In this document: in pieces, positions 38,794 through 47,812 of the stretch
Layout of the letters: every line of letters starts with the position of its first letter
How positions within the stretch are numbered: position 1 is the first letter of the stretch
NCBI GenBank assembly: GCA_964431555.1
Contig: CAYSJW010000018.1
Span: 1 to 49,488 of the forward strand
DNA length: 49,488 nt
Direction of reading: 5' to 3'
From: an uncultured Gammaproteobacteria bacterium
Lineage (GTDB): Bacteria > Patescibacteriota > Microgenomatia > UBA8517
Notes under the pieces: model-generated
Seen by the model: only the letters and a program-made list of their open reading frames with translations
Told to the model about the DNA's origin: nothing
Database searches by the model: none
Program-made: the position numbers and the translations under genes

Positions 38794-39567
38794 ATGAAGA
38801 TTTCTGCAGTTATTATAACCAAAAATCAGGAAGAGAAAATTACCGATTGTTTAAAATCGGTTTCTTGGTGCGATGAGATTGTAGTCGTTGATACTGGTTC
38901 GCAAGATAAAACGGTTGAAATAGCCAAAAAATTAAAAGCCAAGGTTTTTAAATATCCTAAAGGATGTTATTCAGATTGGAGAAATTACGGTCTCGAAAAG
39001 TCAAAAGGTGAGTGGATTTTATATATAGATTCTGACGAGCGTGTAACTCAGAAACTTGAAGATGAGATAAAGGGGATAATTTCTAAAAATTATGATTTTT
39101 CTTATGCTATACCAAGAAAGAATATAATTTTAGGAAAAGAGATGAGGTACGGTGGTTGGTGGCCAGATTATGTGAAAAGATTGTTTAAAAGGAAGCTACT
39201 GAAAAAGTGGATTGGTGAGCTTCACGAGGAACCGGTTTTTGAGGGAGAACTTTGTAATCTTACAAATGCATTGGTTCACATAAAAGAGGATAATCTTTCG
39301 GATATGGTTGAGAAAACCAACAAATGGAGTGAGATTGAAGCAAAATTAATGTATGAGTCAGGTCATCCCGAGATGAATGTTTTTCGTTTTTTTTCAGCAA
39401 TTTTTAGAGAATTTTACTTCAGATTTGTTAAATACAAAGCCTTTCTTGATGGGACTGAAGGAGTTATATTTGGGATTTATCAGGTGTATAGTAAGTTTAT
39501 TTCTTATGCAAAACTTTGGGAAATGCAGTTAAAAATTAAAAATTCAGAGTTCAAAATGCAAAATTAG
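38794..39567 (+). CDS. GT2 family glycosyltransferase (WWPDY type), paralog of 36898..37800
   Basis: AVIITKNQEEKI, VVDTGSQDKT, LYIDSDERV and GGWWPDYVKRLFKRK. Confidence 0.75.
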   Translation: MKISAVIITKNQEEKITDCLKSVSWCDEIVVVDTGSQDKTVEIAKKLKAKVFKYPKGCYSDWRNYGLEKSKGEWILYIDSDERVTQKLEDEIKGIISKNYDFSYAIPRKNIILGKEMRYGGWWPDYVKRLFKRKLLKKWIGELHEEPVFEGELCNLTNALVHIKEDNLSDMVEKTNKWSEIEAKLMYESGHPEMNVFRFFSAIFREFYFRFVKYKAFLDGTEGVIFGIYQVYSKFISYAKLWEMQLKIKNSEFKMQN

Positions 39568-39639
39568 TTCAGGAATAGAAATCCCAAAAAGTTACCAGTT
39601 GGAAAAGTGAGACATTTTCTAAAATATTTTTAATTTAAT

Positions 39640-40662
39640 ATGAAAGCAGCTATTTATAATCCTTACCTTGATACACTTGGTGGCGGAGAAAGGTATACAA
39701 TGGGTTTTGCCAAGGTTCTTGAAGAAGAAGGTTATGAAGTTGATGTTTATTGGAGGAATCAGGAAATTAGGAAAAAACTTGAGGATCGTTTTGGATTGGA
39801 TTTGAAGAAAGTTAATTTTGTAAAAGATATAAAAAGAGGGGATGGCTATGAAATTTGTTTCTGGGTTTCGGATGGTAGCATTCCACTTCTTCGAGCACGC
39901 AGAAATTTTTTGCATTTTCAATTTCCTTTTAAAGATGTAGGTGGTCGCTCACTAATAAATAAAATGAAGTTGTATCGTGTAGAAAAAATTATTTGTAACT
40001 CCTATTTCACAAAGGAATTTATTGATAAGGAGTATGGAGTTAATAGTGTCGTAATTTATCCGCCAGTTGATATAGCTAGAATGAAACCGAAAAAAAAAGA
40101 GAATGTGATTTTGTATGTCGGGCGCTTTTCGCAATTAACGCAGAACAAGGGTCAAGAGGTTTTGGTTGAGGTTTTTAAAAAGTTTTATAAAGTTTATAGA
40201 GATTGGAAACTAGTTTTGGCGGGAGGAATTGAAGTAGGCGCTGATGATTACGTTAAAAAACTGGAGAAGTCAGCGAAAGGATATCCTATTGAGATTGTTA
40301 AAAGCCCTACATTCAAAGAAATTATAAATCTTTATGGCCGTGCAAAGATATTCTGGTCTGCATCTGGTTTTGGAGTTAATGAGAAAAGAAATCCTCTGAA
40401 AGTTGAGCATTTTGGAATCACATTGGTAGAGGCAATGGCGGCTGGTTGTGTTCCGGTAGTATATTCGGCGGGTGGTCATAAAGAGATTATTGATGATGGA
40501 GTTAGTGGTTTACTTTGGTTGAAAAAAGAGGATCTTTTAAGAAAAACGAAAAATTTAATAAAAAATCGAAGTTTCTTAAAACAAATGTCTTTTTCGGCAA
40601 TTGAAAGTGCCAAGGTTTATGAATATGAAAGATTTGAGACGGAAGTTTTGCAGATTATTTAA
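39640..40662 (+). CDS. GT4 (Glycos_transf_1) GT-B fold glycosyltransferase
   Basis: 340 aa. YVGRFSQLTQNKGQEVL, and an EX7E region EHFGITLVEAMAAGCVPVVYSAGGHKEII. Confidence 0.85.
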   Translation: MKAAIYNPYLDTLGGGERYTMGFAKVLEEEGYEVDVYWRNQEIRKKLEDRFGLDLKKVNFVKDIKRGDGYEICFWVSDGSIPLLRARRNFLHFQFPFKDVGGRSLINKMKLYRVEKIICNSYFTKEFIDKEYGVNSVVIYPPVDIARMKPKKKENVILYVGRFSQLTQNKGQEVLVEVFKKFYKVYRDWKLVLAGGIEVGADDYVKKLEKSAKGYPIEIVKSPTFKEIINLYGRAKIFWSASGFGVNEKRNPLKVEHFGITLVEAMAAGCVPVVYSAGGHKEIIDDGVSGLLWLKKEDLLRKTKNLIKNRSFLKQMSFSAIESAKVYEYERFETEVLQII

Positions 40663-43066
40663 GTTAAATTTCTTGAAATTCTGGCCTTTTGTTTTTATTT
40701 TTTTTATTTCCATATTATTTTTCTACCCTTTACTGCTGAAAAATAGAGTTCCTCTTCCCTTGGATGCATTGGTTGGGGCACATCTTCCTTGGACTGAAGT
40801 TTTATGGGAAGGATATCCTGTGGGAGTGCCAATTAAGAATTTGGAGATAACCGATTCTATTTCTCAGTTTTATCCTTGGAGAAGTTTAGTTGGGAGGTTT
40901 TGGAGAGAAGGTCAATTTCCGCTTTGGAATAAATATATGCTTTGTGGAGTTCCTTTTTTGGCAACCCTTCATTCAGCTGGTTTATATCCTTTAAATTTTT
41001 TGTATCTTATATTAAATGATATTGATGCATGGTCTCTTTTGATTTTTCTTCAAATATTTCTTTCGGGAATCTTTATGTTTTTATTCCTTTTGGAACTTGG
41101 TATTGACAGGTTATCTTCTTTGTTTGGAGCTATTGTTTTTTCCTTTTCTGGTTACATGATAGCTTGGTTGGAATTTGCAACTGGAGGGCATGCGGGTTTA
41201 TGGCTTCCCTTAATTTTGATGTTAGAGCTTAAATTTGTATTGAGAGGCGAAAGAAAGTATTATCTTTTCATTCCATTTATTTTTTTCTTTATATACACAG
41301 CTGGAGATTTTCAAATACCTTTATACATAACTTTGGTTTATTTTTTATTTGGTATATATTTGATTTTTAAAAATAAGAATCTCAAAAATAAAATAGTTTT
41401 ATTTGTAAAAGTATTTTTCAGTTGGGTTTTGGGGGTCTTGTTATCATTATTACAGCTTCTTCCCACCTTTGAACTTTTCAAAAATTCGGTAAGACTTAAT
41501 GACCCTTATGTTAAAGAATACTTTTACGGTTTAATGAGTTGGGAAAAGATTACCAATTTTTTATGGCCGGATTTTTATGGTAATGTTGTTACTGGGAATT
41601 ATTGGGGAAAATATAGTTTTCATGAATATCTAGCGTTTACAGGAATAGTATCGATTGGGTTTTTAATTTATTCTTTTATTTCTAAAAAGAATTTTTTAGA
41701 GAAGTTTTTTTGGTTTATATTTATAGTTTCTTTATTATTTCTTTTTCCTACTCCTTTAGCTTTTTTGCCATATAGATATAATTTGCCAGGCATTGGAACC
41801 AGCTTTGCGAGTAGAATTATTTTTTTGGTTGATTTTTCAGTTGCGGTTATCTCTTCTTATGGTTTATCTAAGTGGGTTAAAAGGCAAGATGGTAAGCTGG
41901 GTAAAGTATTTTTTTATATTTTGGTTATTTCATTCGGAATTGCCTTGGGTTTGATAATTTCTATCTTAATTTTAGAAAAAGGCCCATCTTTAGGTAAGCT
42001 TAGTATTTTGACTAATTTAAAGGTTTCGCTCAAAAACATGGTGCCATCAACTTTAATTTTAATAGCTGGTTTATTTGTTCTTTATTTGGGAAGAATTAAG
42101 TTTTTGAAAGGACATTGGTTGTATTTTAAAGGTATAAGAGTATTAATAATATTGTTACTCGCGATACTTGAACTTCTAAGATTTTCCTGGAAAAATACTC
42201 CTTTTTCCGAGAAAAAATTTCTCTATCCCAAAACCAAAGTAATAGATTTTCTAACTAGTCAAAAGAAACCTTTTCGGATAGCCGGGGCAGGTTTTCCGAT
42301 GAACTATTTTATGCAATATGATATCAGTTCAGTAGAGGGTTATGATCCACTCTATCCTTCAGACAGTGCATTGTGGTTATCCTTGATTAATACTGGTAAA
42401 CCTGAATTGATTACAAGAAGATATGGAGAGGTTTCAAAGTTTGTATCGCCTTTGTTAGATTATACTAACGCTAAATATGTAATAGATTATCGTAAAAATC
42501 CCAAGAATAAAATTCCTGGAATAGAAGGAGTATATGCTGAAGGAATTAATACTGAAAGGTTTAATAAAATACTTGAGGAGGGTAGAGTTGGTATCTTTGA
42601 AAATAAAACGGTTTTACCAAAAGTATGGTTAACCACTAAATATTATATAGCCAAAGATAAGGATGATTTATTTAAAAAGGTTAATGATCTTAAGTTTTCG
42701 GAGAAAAAAATAGTACTTGAAAGGAGTATCAATTTACAGATTTTTGAAAAGGATTTAAATTATGAAATATCAGATTACAATGAAGGGTTTAATAAGATTT
42801 CTTTTGTTACTAAGTCGACTAATGATGCCTTGCTTTTTTTGTCGGAATCATATAACCCCGGATGGAAGGCATATGTTGATGGAATAAGAACTGATATTTT
42901 AAGAGCTAACTATATTTTTCAGACAATATTTTTGCCAAAAGGAGAACATAATGTTGAGTTTATTTATTATCCAGAATCGTTTAAGATAGGTAAAAAGGTT
43001 TCATTATTAAGCTTTGTGCTAATTGTTGTGCTTTTAACCTATGAAAATAAAAAAAGATATCACTAA
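40601..43066 (+). CDS. YfhO-family polytopic membrane glycosyltransferase (GT-C)
   Basis: 821 aa. N-terminal FFYPLLLKNRVPLPLDAL...ITDSISQFYPW, about 14 TM helices, and the typical C-terminal SESYNPGWKAYVDG....RANYIFQTIFLPKGEHNVEFIYYP with a final TM. The start is uncertain (40601, 40619 or 40625); all options overlap the GT4 gene. Confidence 0.8.
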   Translation: MKVPRFMNMKDLRRKFCRLFKLNFLKFWPFVFIFFISILFFYPLLLKNRVPLPLDALVGAHLPWTEVLWEGYPVGVPIKNLEITDSISQFYPWRSLVGRFWREGQFPLWNKYMLCGVPFLATLHSAGLYPLNFLYLILNDIDAWSLLIFLQIFLSGIFMFLFLLELGIDRLSSLFGAIVFSFSGYMIAWLEFATGGHAGLWLPLILMLELKFVLRGERKYYLFIPFIFFFIYTAGDFQIPLYITLVYFLFGIYLIFKNKNLKNKIVLFVKVFFSWVLGVLLSLLQLLPTFELFKNSVRLNDPYVKEYFYGLMSWEKITNFLWPDFYGNVVTGNYWGKYSFHEYLAFTGIVSIGFLIYSFISKKNFLEKFFWFIFIVSLLFLFPTPLAFLPYRYNLPGIGTSFASRIIFLVDFSVAVISSYGLSKWVKRQDGKLGKVFFYILVISFGIALGLIISILILEKGPSLGKLSILTNLKVSLKNMVPSTLILIAGLFVLYLGRIKFLKGHWLYFKGIRVLIILLLAILELLRFSWKNTPFSEKKFLYPKTKVIDFLTSQKKPFRIAGAGFPMNYFMQYDISSVEGYDPLYPSDSALWLSLINTGKPELITRRYGEVSKFVSPLLDYTNAKYVIDYRKNPKNKIPGIEGVYAEGINTERFNKILEEGRVGIFENKTVLPKVWLTTKYYIAKDKDDLFKKVNDLKFSEKKIVLERSINLQIFEKDLNYEISDYNEGFNKISFVTKSTNDALLFLSESYNPGWKAYVDGIRTDILRANYIFQTIFLPKGEHNVEFIYYPESFKIGKKVSLLSFVLIVVLLTYENKKRYH

Positions 43067-43964
43067 TTCGGATTGGGTCTCATTAATAATTCCAAATTTT
43101 AACGGGGAAAAATTACTTGAAGAGAATCTTTCATTTGTGTTTGAGGCTTTTGCTAACAAAGAAAATAAAATACTAGAGATTATTATTGTAGATGATGCTT
43201 CAAATGATGGAAGTGTTAATTTTATTAAAAGAAATTATCCCGATATAAGGTTAATTAAACATAAACTTAATCGCGGCTTTCCAGCAGCGGTCAATACTGG
43301 TGTAAGAATGGCTAAAGGTGATTATATAGCTCTTCTTAACACTGATGTTAAGCCGAGTAGAAATTTTTTAGTGGATTCGTTGGTTCATTTTAAAAATGAA
43401 AAAGTTTTTGCTGTTTCTTTTCATGAAAAAGGTTATGGCTGGGCTAGGGGGTATTTTGAAGATGGCTTTATAAATCATGAGCAAGGCAAAGAAAGTAAAA
43501 GCGTCCATGAAACATTTTGGGTGAGCGGAGGAAGTGGAATTTTTAGAAGAAGTATGTGGCTAAAATTGGGAGGAATGGATGAGAAACTTTTTACTCCCTT
43601 TTATTGGGAAGATATTGATATATCTTATCGTGCAGCAAAAAGGGGTTGGCTTTTGTTGTGGGAACCTAATTCAAAAGTAATTCATGAACATGAGTCAACC
43701 ATGAAAAAAATTTCAATTAACTATAGAAAAAGAATTCAGGAAAGAAACCAATTAATCTTTATTTGGAAAAATATAACCTCTCCTCAACTTTTAAAAAGAC
43801 ATTTTGCTGGTTTAATTAAGAGAATTTCTCGTCACCCAGGCTATCTAAGGATAGTTTTTTTGGCATTAAAGAAAATAAGAATTGTTATTAAAGCCAGGAG
43901 AAAGGAAATCAAAGAGGGTAAGATATCGGATGAAGCGATTTTTGCAAAATTTAAAAATGATTGA
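43041..43964 (+). CDS. GT2 family glycosyltransferase (WbbL-like)
   Basis: SLIIPNFNGEKLL, VDDASNDGS, GFPAAVNTG, LLNTDV and YWEDIDISYRAAKRGW. Confidence 0.85.
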   Translation: MKIKKDITNSDWVSLIIPNFNGEKLLEENLSFVFEAFANKENKILEIIIVDDASNDGSVNFIKRNYPDIRLIKHKLNRGFPAAVNTGVRMAKGDYIALLNTDVKPSRNFLVDSLVHFKNEKVFAVSFHEKGYGWARGYFEDGFINHEQGKESKSVHETFWVSGGSGIFRRSMWLKLGGMDEKLFTPFYWEDIDISYRAAKRGWLLLWEPNSKVIHEHESTMKKISINYRKRIQERNQLIFIWKNITSPQLLKRHFAGLIKRISRHPGYLRIVFLALKKIRIVIKARRKEIKEGKISDEAIFAKFKND

Positions 43965-44793
43965 TATTTCTATAATTATAGTAAGTTTTAATACTAAAAA
44001 TTTAACGGTTCAATGTATTAAATCTGTATTTAAAGAAGGAAGTAAGTTGGAAAAGGAAATTATTGTTGTTGATAACGGTTCAGTTGATGATAGCGTAAAA
44101 GAGATTGAAAAGCTGAAAATTAAAAACAGAAAATTAGGATCTAAGATAAAGATTATTGTTAATTCCGAAAATCTTGGTTTCTCAAAGGCAAATAATATAG
44201 GTATCAAAGAAGCGAAGGGAAAGTATATATTGCTTCTTAATTCAGATACAGTGGTAAAAAAAGGGTCAATTGAAGCTCTTTTGGAATTTGCTAGAAAGAA
44301 AAAAGATGCAGGAGCAGTTGTTCCCAAACTTATTAATCCAGATGGGACTACACAGGCATCTGTCTTTCGATTACCCAATATAAAACGCGCTATTGAACAG
44401 TATTGGTTAGGGAAAGAAAAGCTTCTTGATAAATATTATCCGGAAGGAAACACTCCTTCTATCGTCGAATCTGCCGTTATGGCTGCTTTTCTTATTACCC
44501 CCAAAACATTAAAAATGGTAGGTTTGTTAGACGAGCGTTATTTTATATATTTTGAGGATCTTGATTATAGTAGAAGAATTCAAGAAAAGGGTTTGAAGAT
44601 CTATTATCTCCCAAGTGCAGAGGTAATTCATTATCACGGTGCAAGTGGAAAAAATTTAATTGATGAAAGAAACCAGTGGAGAAGACTAATTCCTTCGAGT
44701 AAAATTTATCACGGAACCTTAAGACATTATTTGTTTAACTTTATATTATGGTCAGGTCAAAAGTGGAGAAACTTTTTCAAAAATCAAAATTAG
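43957..44793 (+). CDS. GT2 family glycosyltransferase (WbbL-like)
   Basis: ISIIIVSFNTKNLTVQCIKS, VDNGSVDDS, GFSKANNIG, LLNSDT and YFEDLDYSRRIQEKG. I prefer the ATG at 43957 (ATGATTGA overlap) over the upstream 43882. Confidence 0.85.
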   Translation: MIDISIIIVSFNTKNLTVQCIKSVFKEGSKLEKEIIVVDNGSVDDSVKEIEKLKIKNRKLGSKIKIIVNSENLGFSKANNIGIKEAKGKYILLLNSDTVVKKGSIEALLEFARKKKDAGAVVPKLINPDGTTQASVFRLPNIKRAIEQYWLGKEKLLDKYYPEGNTPSIVESAVMAAFLITPKTLKMVGLLDERYFIYFEDLDYSRRIQEKGLKIYYLPSAEVIHYHGASGKNLIDERNQWRRLIPSSKIYHGTLRHYLFNFILWSGQKWRNFFKNQN

Positions 44794-46520
44794 CTTTAAT
44801 TGTCATACTTATTTTATCCTCCTTTCTAAGACTTTGGAGGATTTCGGATGTACCTGTTTCTCTTTTTGGTGATGAACTCGATGTGGGTTATCATTCTTAC
44901 TCGATTTTAAAAACGGGAAAAGATTATCAAGGAAATTTCATGCCTCTTCATTTTCATTCTATTGCAGAATGGAGAACTCCATTATATCTGTACTTTGCAG
45001 TACCAACAGTAGCTTTATTTGGAATAACTCCTCTTGGAGTTCGTTTACCTGCGGCTATTTTTGGAATTATAGGAGTTTGGGGAATATATTTATTAACTAA
45101 AGAAATTTTAAAAATTTCCAATTTTGATAAATTATCAAGTTTTAAAGGTTTAAAACTGGGGGTTCTTACTAGTTTTTTGTTGGCAATTTCTCCTTGGCAT
45201 ATTCAGTACTCGCGGGCAGCATTTGAAGTAACTCAACTTTTAGCATTTTTAATTTTTGGGCTTTATTTTTTCTTTAAGAGCTTGGAAAAATCTAAATACC
45301 TTTGGGTTTCTGTGACTTTTTTTACTTTTACTCCATGGATATATAGCACTGCAAAACTTTTTGCTCCGCTTTTTATAACTTTTCTTTTTTTAATTTGGAA
45401 AAATCAAATACTAAAAATGTCAAGGTTTGAAATTGGAAAGGCTGTCTTAGCAGGTGTATTAGTAGGTTTTCCAATTTATTATAGTACTTTTTTTGGACAA
45501 GGAGCGCAAAGAGCGGTTTATACAAGTATTTTTACTGACCCGACTGTTGAGCCAGAGATTGGTGTTGCCAGGATGGTAGATAACATAATGAGGGGAGATA
45601 TGATCGTAGGATACAAACCAAGCTTGTGGGATAGAATTTTTCACAATAAAGTGGTTTTCTGGGTGGATGGAATTGTAAAAAATTATCTTCAAAGCCTCTC
45701 TTTTTCTTTTCTTTTCGAAGATGGTGATCCAAATTTGCGTCACTCTATAAAAGGAATGGGTCAGTTTTACAAAGTGGAAGTAATTGGTTTTGTTTTGGGA
45801 GTTTTCTTTTTCTTTAGTTCAAAGATAGATAGAAAGTTAAAATATTTATTTGCATTTTGGATATTGGCTGGAATTTTGCCTGCTGCTTTAACCCGTGATG
45901 GTGGTAATCATGCAACCCGACTTATCATTATACTTCCGCCTTTAATATTTTTGATTTCTTATGGAATTGTCGAAACTGCAACTAGATTAAAAAATAAGTT
46001 GGGGTTAATTTTTCTTGCTTCTTTCTTCTTACTTCTTACTACCAATTTTATCTTTTACCAGCATATATACTGGATACATAATCCTTGGGATAGCGAACGC
46101 TGGTGGCATGCTGGTTTTAAAGATTTGATTCAATCAATTAAAGAGCTGGAAAAAGATTATGATAAGGTAGTTATTTCTATGGCAGGAGAACCAGCTTGGA
46201 TCTTTTTTGCAGGTTGGTATCAGTATCCTCCGGATAAGTGGCAAAAAAATTTTCCAATAGGTAATGATGTAGAGCTAAAGGGATTTGGCAAGGTTTCTCA
46301 TATAGAAAATTATTATTTTGGAAATTTTAATGTTCCTGGAGAAAGCCTTTATGATCTCCCCAAATATATTGACCGGAGAACTTTGTATTTAAGTGTTGCA
46401 AAAGAAATCTCCGTAAATTTACTACGGGAACCTGAAAGGGTACCTCCAGGATTGGAACTTCTGAAATCAATTCCCTATCCTTCGGGGGAACCTGCATTTT
46501 ATATTTTCAAAAAAGAGTAA
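44748..46520 (+). CDS. GT39/PMT_2-like polytopic membrane glycosyltransferase, paralog family 3
   Basis: LRLWRISDVPVSLFGDELDVGYHSYSILKTGKDYQGNFMPLHFHSIAEWRTPLYLYFAVP and ISPWHIQYSR, plus a C-terminal soluble domain. Confidence 0.7.
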   Translation: MVRSKVEKLFQKSKLALIVILILSSFLRLWRISDVPVSLFGDELDVGYHSYSILKTGKDYQGNFMPLHFHSIAEWRTPLYLYFAVPTVALFGITPLGVRLPAAIFGIIGVWGIYLLTKEILKISNFDKLSSFKGLKLGVLTSFLLAISPWHIQYSRAAFEVTQLLAFLIFGLYFFFKSLEKSKYLWVSVTFFTFTPWIYSTAKLFAPLFITFLFLIWKNQILKMSRFEIGKAVLAGVLVGFPIYYSTFFGQGAQRAVYTSIFTDPTVEPEIGVARMVDNIMRGDMIVGYKPSLWDRIFHNKVVFWVDGIVKNYLQSLSFSFLFEDGDPNLRHSIKGMGQFYKVEVIGFVLGVFFFFSSKIDRKLKYLFAFWILAGILPAALTRDGGNHATRLIIILPPLIFLISYGIVETATRLKNKLGLIFLASFFLLLTTNFIFYQHIYWIHNPWDSERWWHAGFKDLIQSIKELEKDYDKVVISMAGEPAWIFFAGWYQYPPDKWQKNFPIGNDVELKGFGKVSHIENYYFGNFNVPGESLYDLPKYIDRRTLYLSVAKEISVNLLREPERVPPGLELLKSIPYPSGEPAFYIFKKE

Positions 46521-47791
46521 TGAAAAAGATCTTTCTGCTTATAATTGTATTATCTTTATTTATACGTTTTCTTTTGGTTCTTTCTGCGTACCATGGAGAT
46601 CTAAACAATAATATTTCTTGGGGAGATCTTTTGCTTGCCAGAGGAACGAATGGTTTTTATGGTTCATCTGATGCAAATGACTGGCCTTATTCTGCACCAA
46701 ATCAGCCACCTTTATATCTTTATATTTTCGCTTTAACCTCATGGATAAATAAAAGTGTTGAAGACGCAGCATTTTGGTTAAATAAGAATTTCAAAGATTT
46801 TCCATCAAGGTTTATTTGGTTTTGGCAGGAAAAAGGAAAAGTTATTGCAGTAAAGCTTCCCGGTATTATTGCAGATATAGGTGTTTCTTATTTAATTTTT
46901 TCTTACCTTAGTAAAAAAGGAAAAATGAAAACTGCCTTAATCATAACCACTTTATGGCTTTTTAATCCTGTTGTTATCTATAACTCAACTGTCTGGGGAC
47001 AAACGGATAGTACTGTAAATTTTTTTGGTTTGGCTTCTGTTTTATCATTGCTTGCTGGAAATTTAGCAGTTGCTACACTTCTTTTCACTCTGGGATTTTT
47101 GTATAAAGGCTCTTTACTAATTTTTATTCCGATAATTTTGGTTTATTGTTTGAAGAAGAAATTTACTTTAAAAGTTTATGTTAAGGCTATAGTTTTGTCA
47201 TTAGGCGTTGTTTTTTTAATTTCTTTCCCGTTTCATCCCTATTTAGATTTTCCTTTGTGGTTTGTGAATCTTTATAAAGAAAGAATTATACCCGGTGAGA
47301 TAGGCTATTTAACAGCAAATGCATTTAATTTTTGGTGGTTGATAAATCCGGGAAAGGTCTTAGATAGTACAAAATATCTTTTTTTTACAGCTAGGGTTTG
47401 GGGAATGTTAATAACCTTTTTTTTGATTGGTTTTATTTCTTTTAGATTTTATAAGAATCCTAAAGAAGAAAAAATTTTTTTCTATTTATCGTTAGTTGCA
47501 TGGCTTTCATTTTTGTTTATGACACGTATGCATGAGCGATATCTTTACCCCTTTTTTCCTTATTCGACCATTTTGGTTGGTTTTTATCCTATTACCATTT
47601 GGGTCTACATTTCCGTGTCTATTGTTCATTTGCTGAATCTTTATCATTTATTTTGGCAGCCTGAAATACCGGTTTTAATTGATTCTTATAACAATGAGTG
47701 GTTTCCGAAAATTTTATCTGTTTTTATTTTGTTTTTATTTTTATCGTACGTATGTTTGGTAAAATTGAGTGAAAAAAGAAAAATGAGTTAG
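46520..47791 (+). CDS. Polytopic membrane protein, DUF2029/GT87- or PIG-V-like GT-C candidate
   Basis: 423 aa with a TAATG junction. The first loop reads YHGDLNNNISWGDLLLARGTNGFYG...WPYSAPNQPPLYLYIF, followed by about 10 hydrophobic helices. Confidence 0.45.
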   Translation: MKKIFLLIIVLSLFIRFLLVLSAYHGDLNNNISWGDLLLARGTNGFYGSSDANDWPYSAPNQPPLYLYIFALTSWINKSVEDAAFWLNKNFKDFPSRFIWFWQEKGKVIAVKLPGIIADIGVSYLIFSYLSKKGKMKTALIITTLWLFNPVVIYNSTVWGQTDSTVNFFGLASVLSLLAGNLAVATLLFTLGFLYKGSLLIFIPIILVYCLKKKFTLKVYVKAIVLSLGVVFLISFPFHPYLDFPLWFVNLYKERIIPGEIGYLTANAFNFWWLINPGKVLDSTKYLFFTARVWGMLITFFLIGFISFRFYKNPKEEKIFFYLSLVAWLSFLFMTRMHERYLYPFFPYSTILVGFYPITIWVYISVSIVHLLNLYHLFWQPEIPVLIDSYNNEWFPKILSVFILFLFLSYVCLVKLSEKRKMS

Positions 47792-47812
47792 GTTTGGAGT
47801 ATAATTTTAAAC

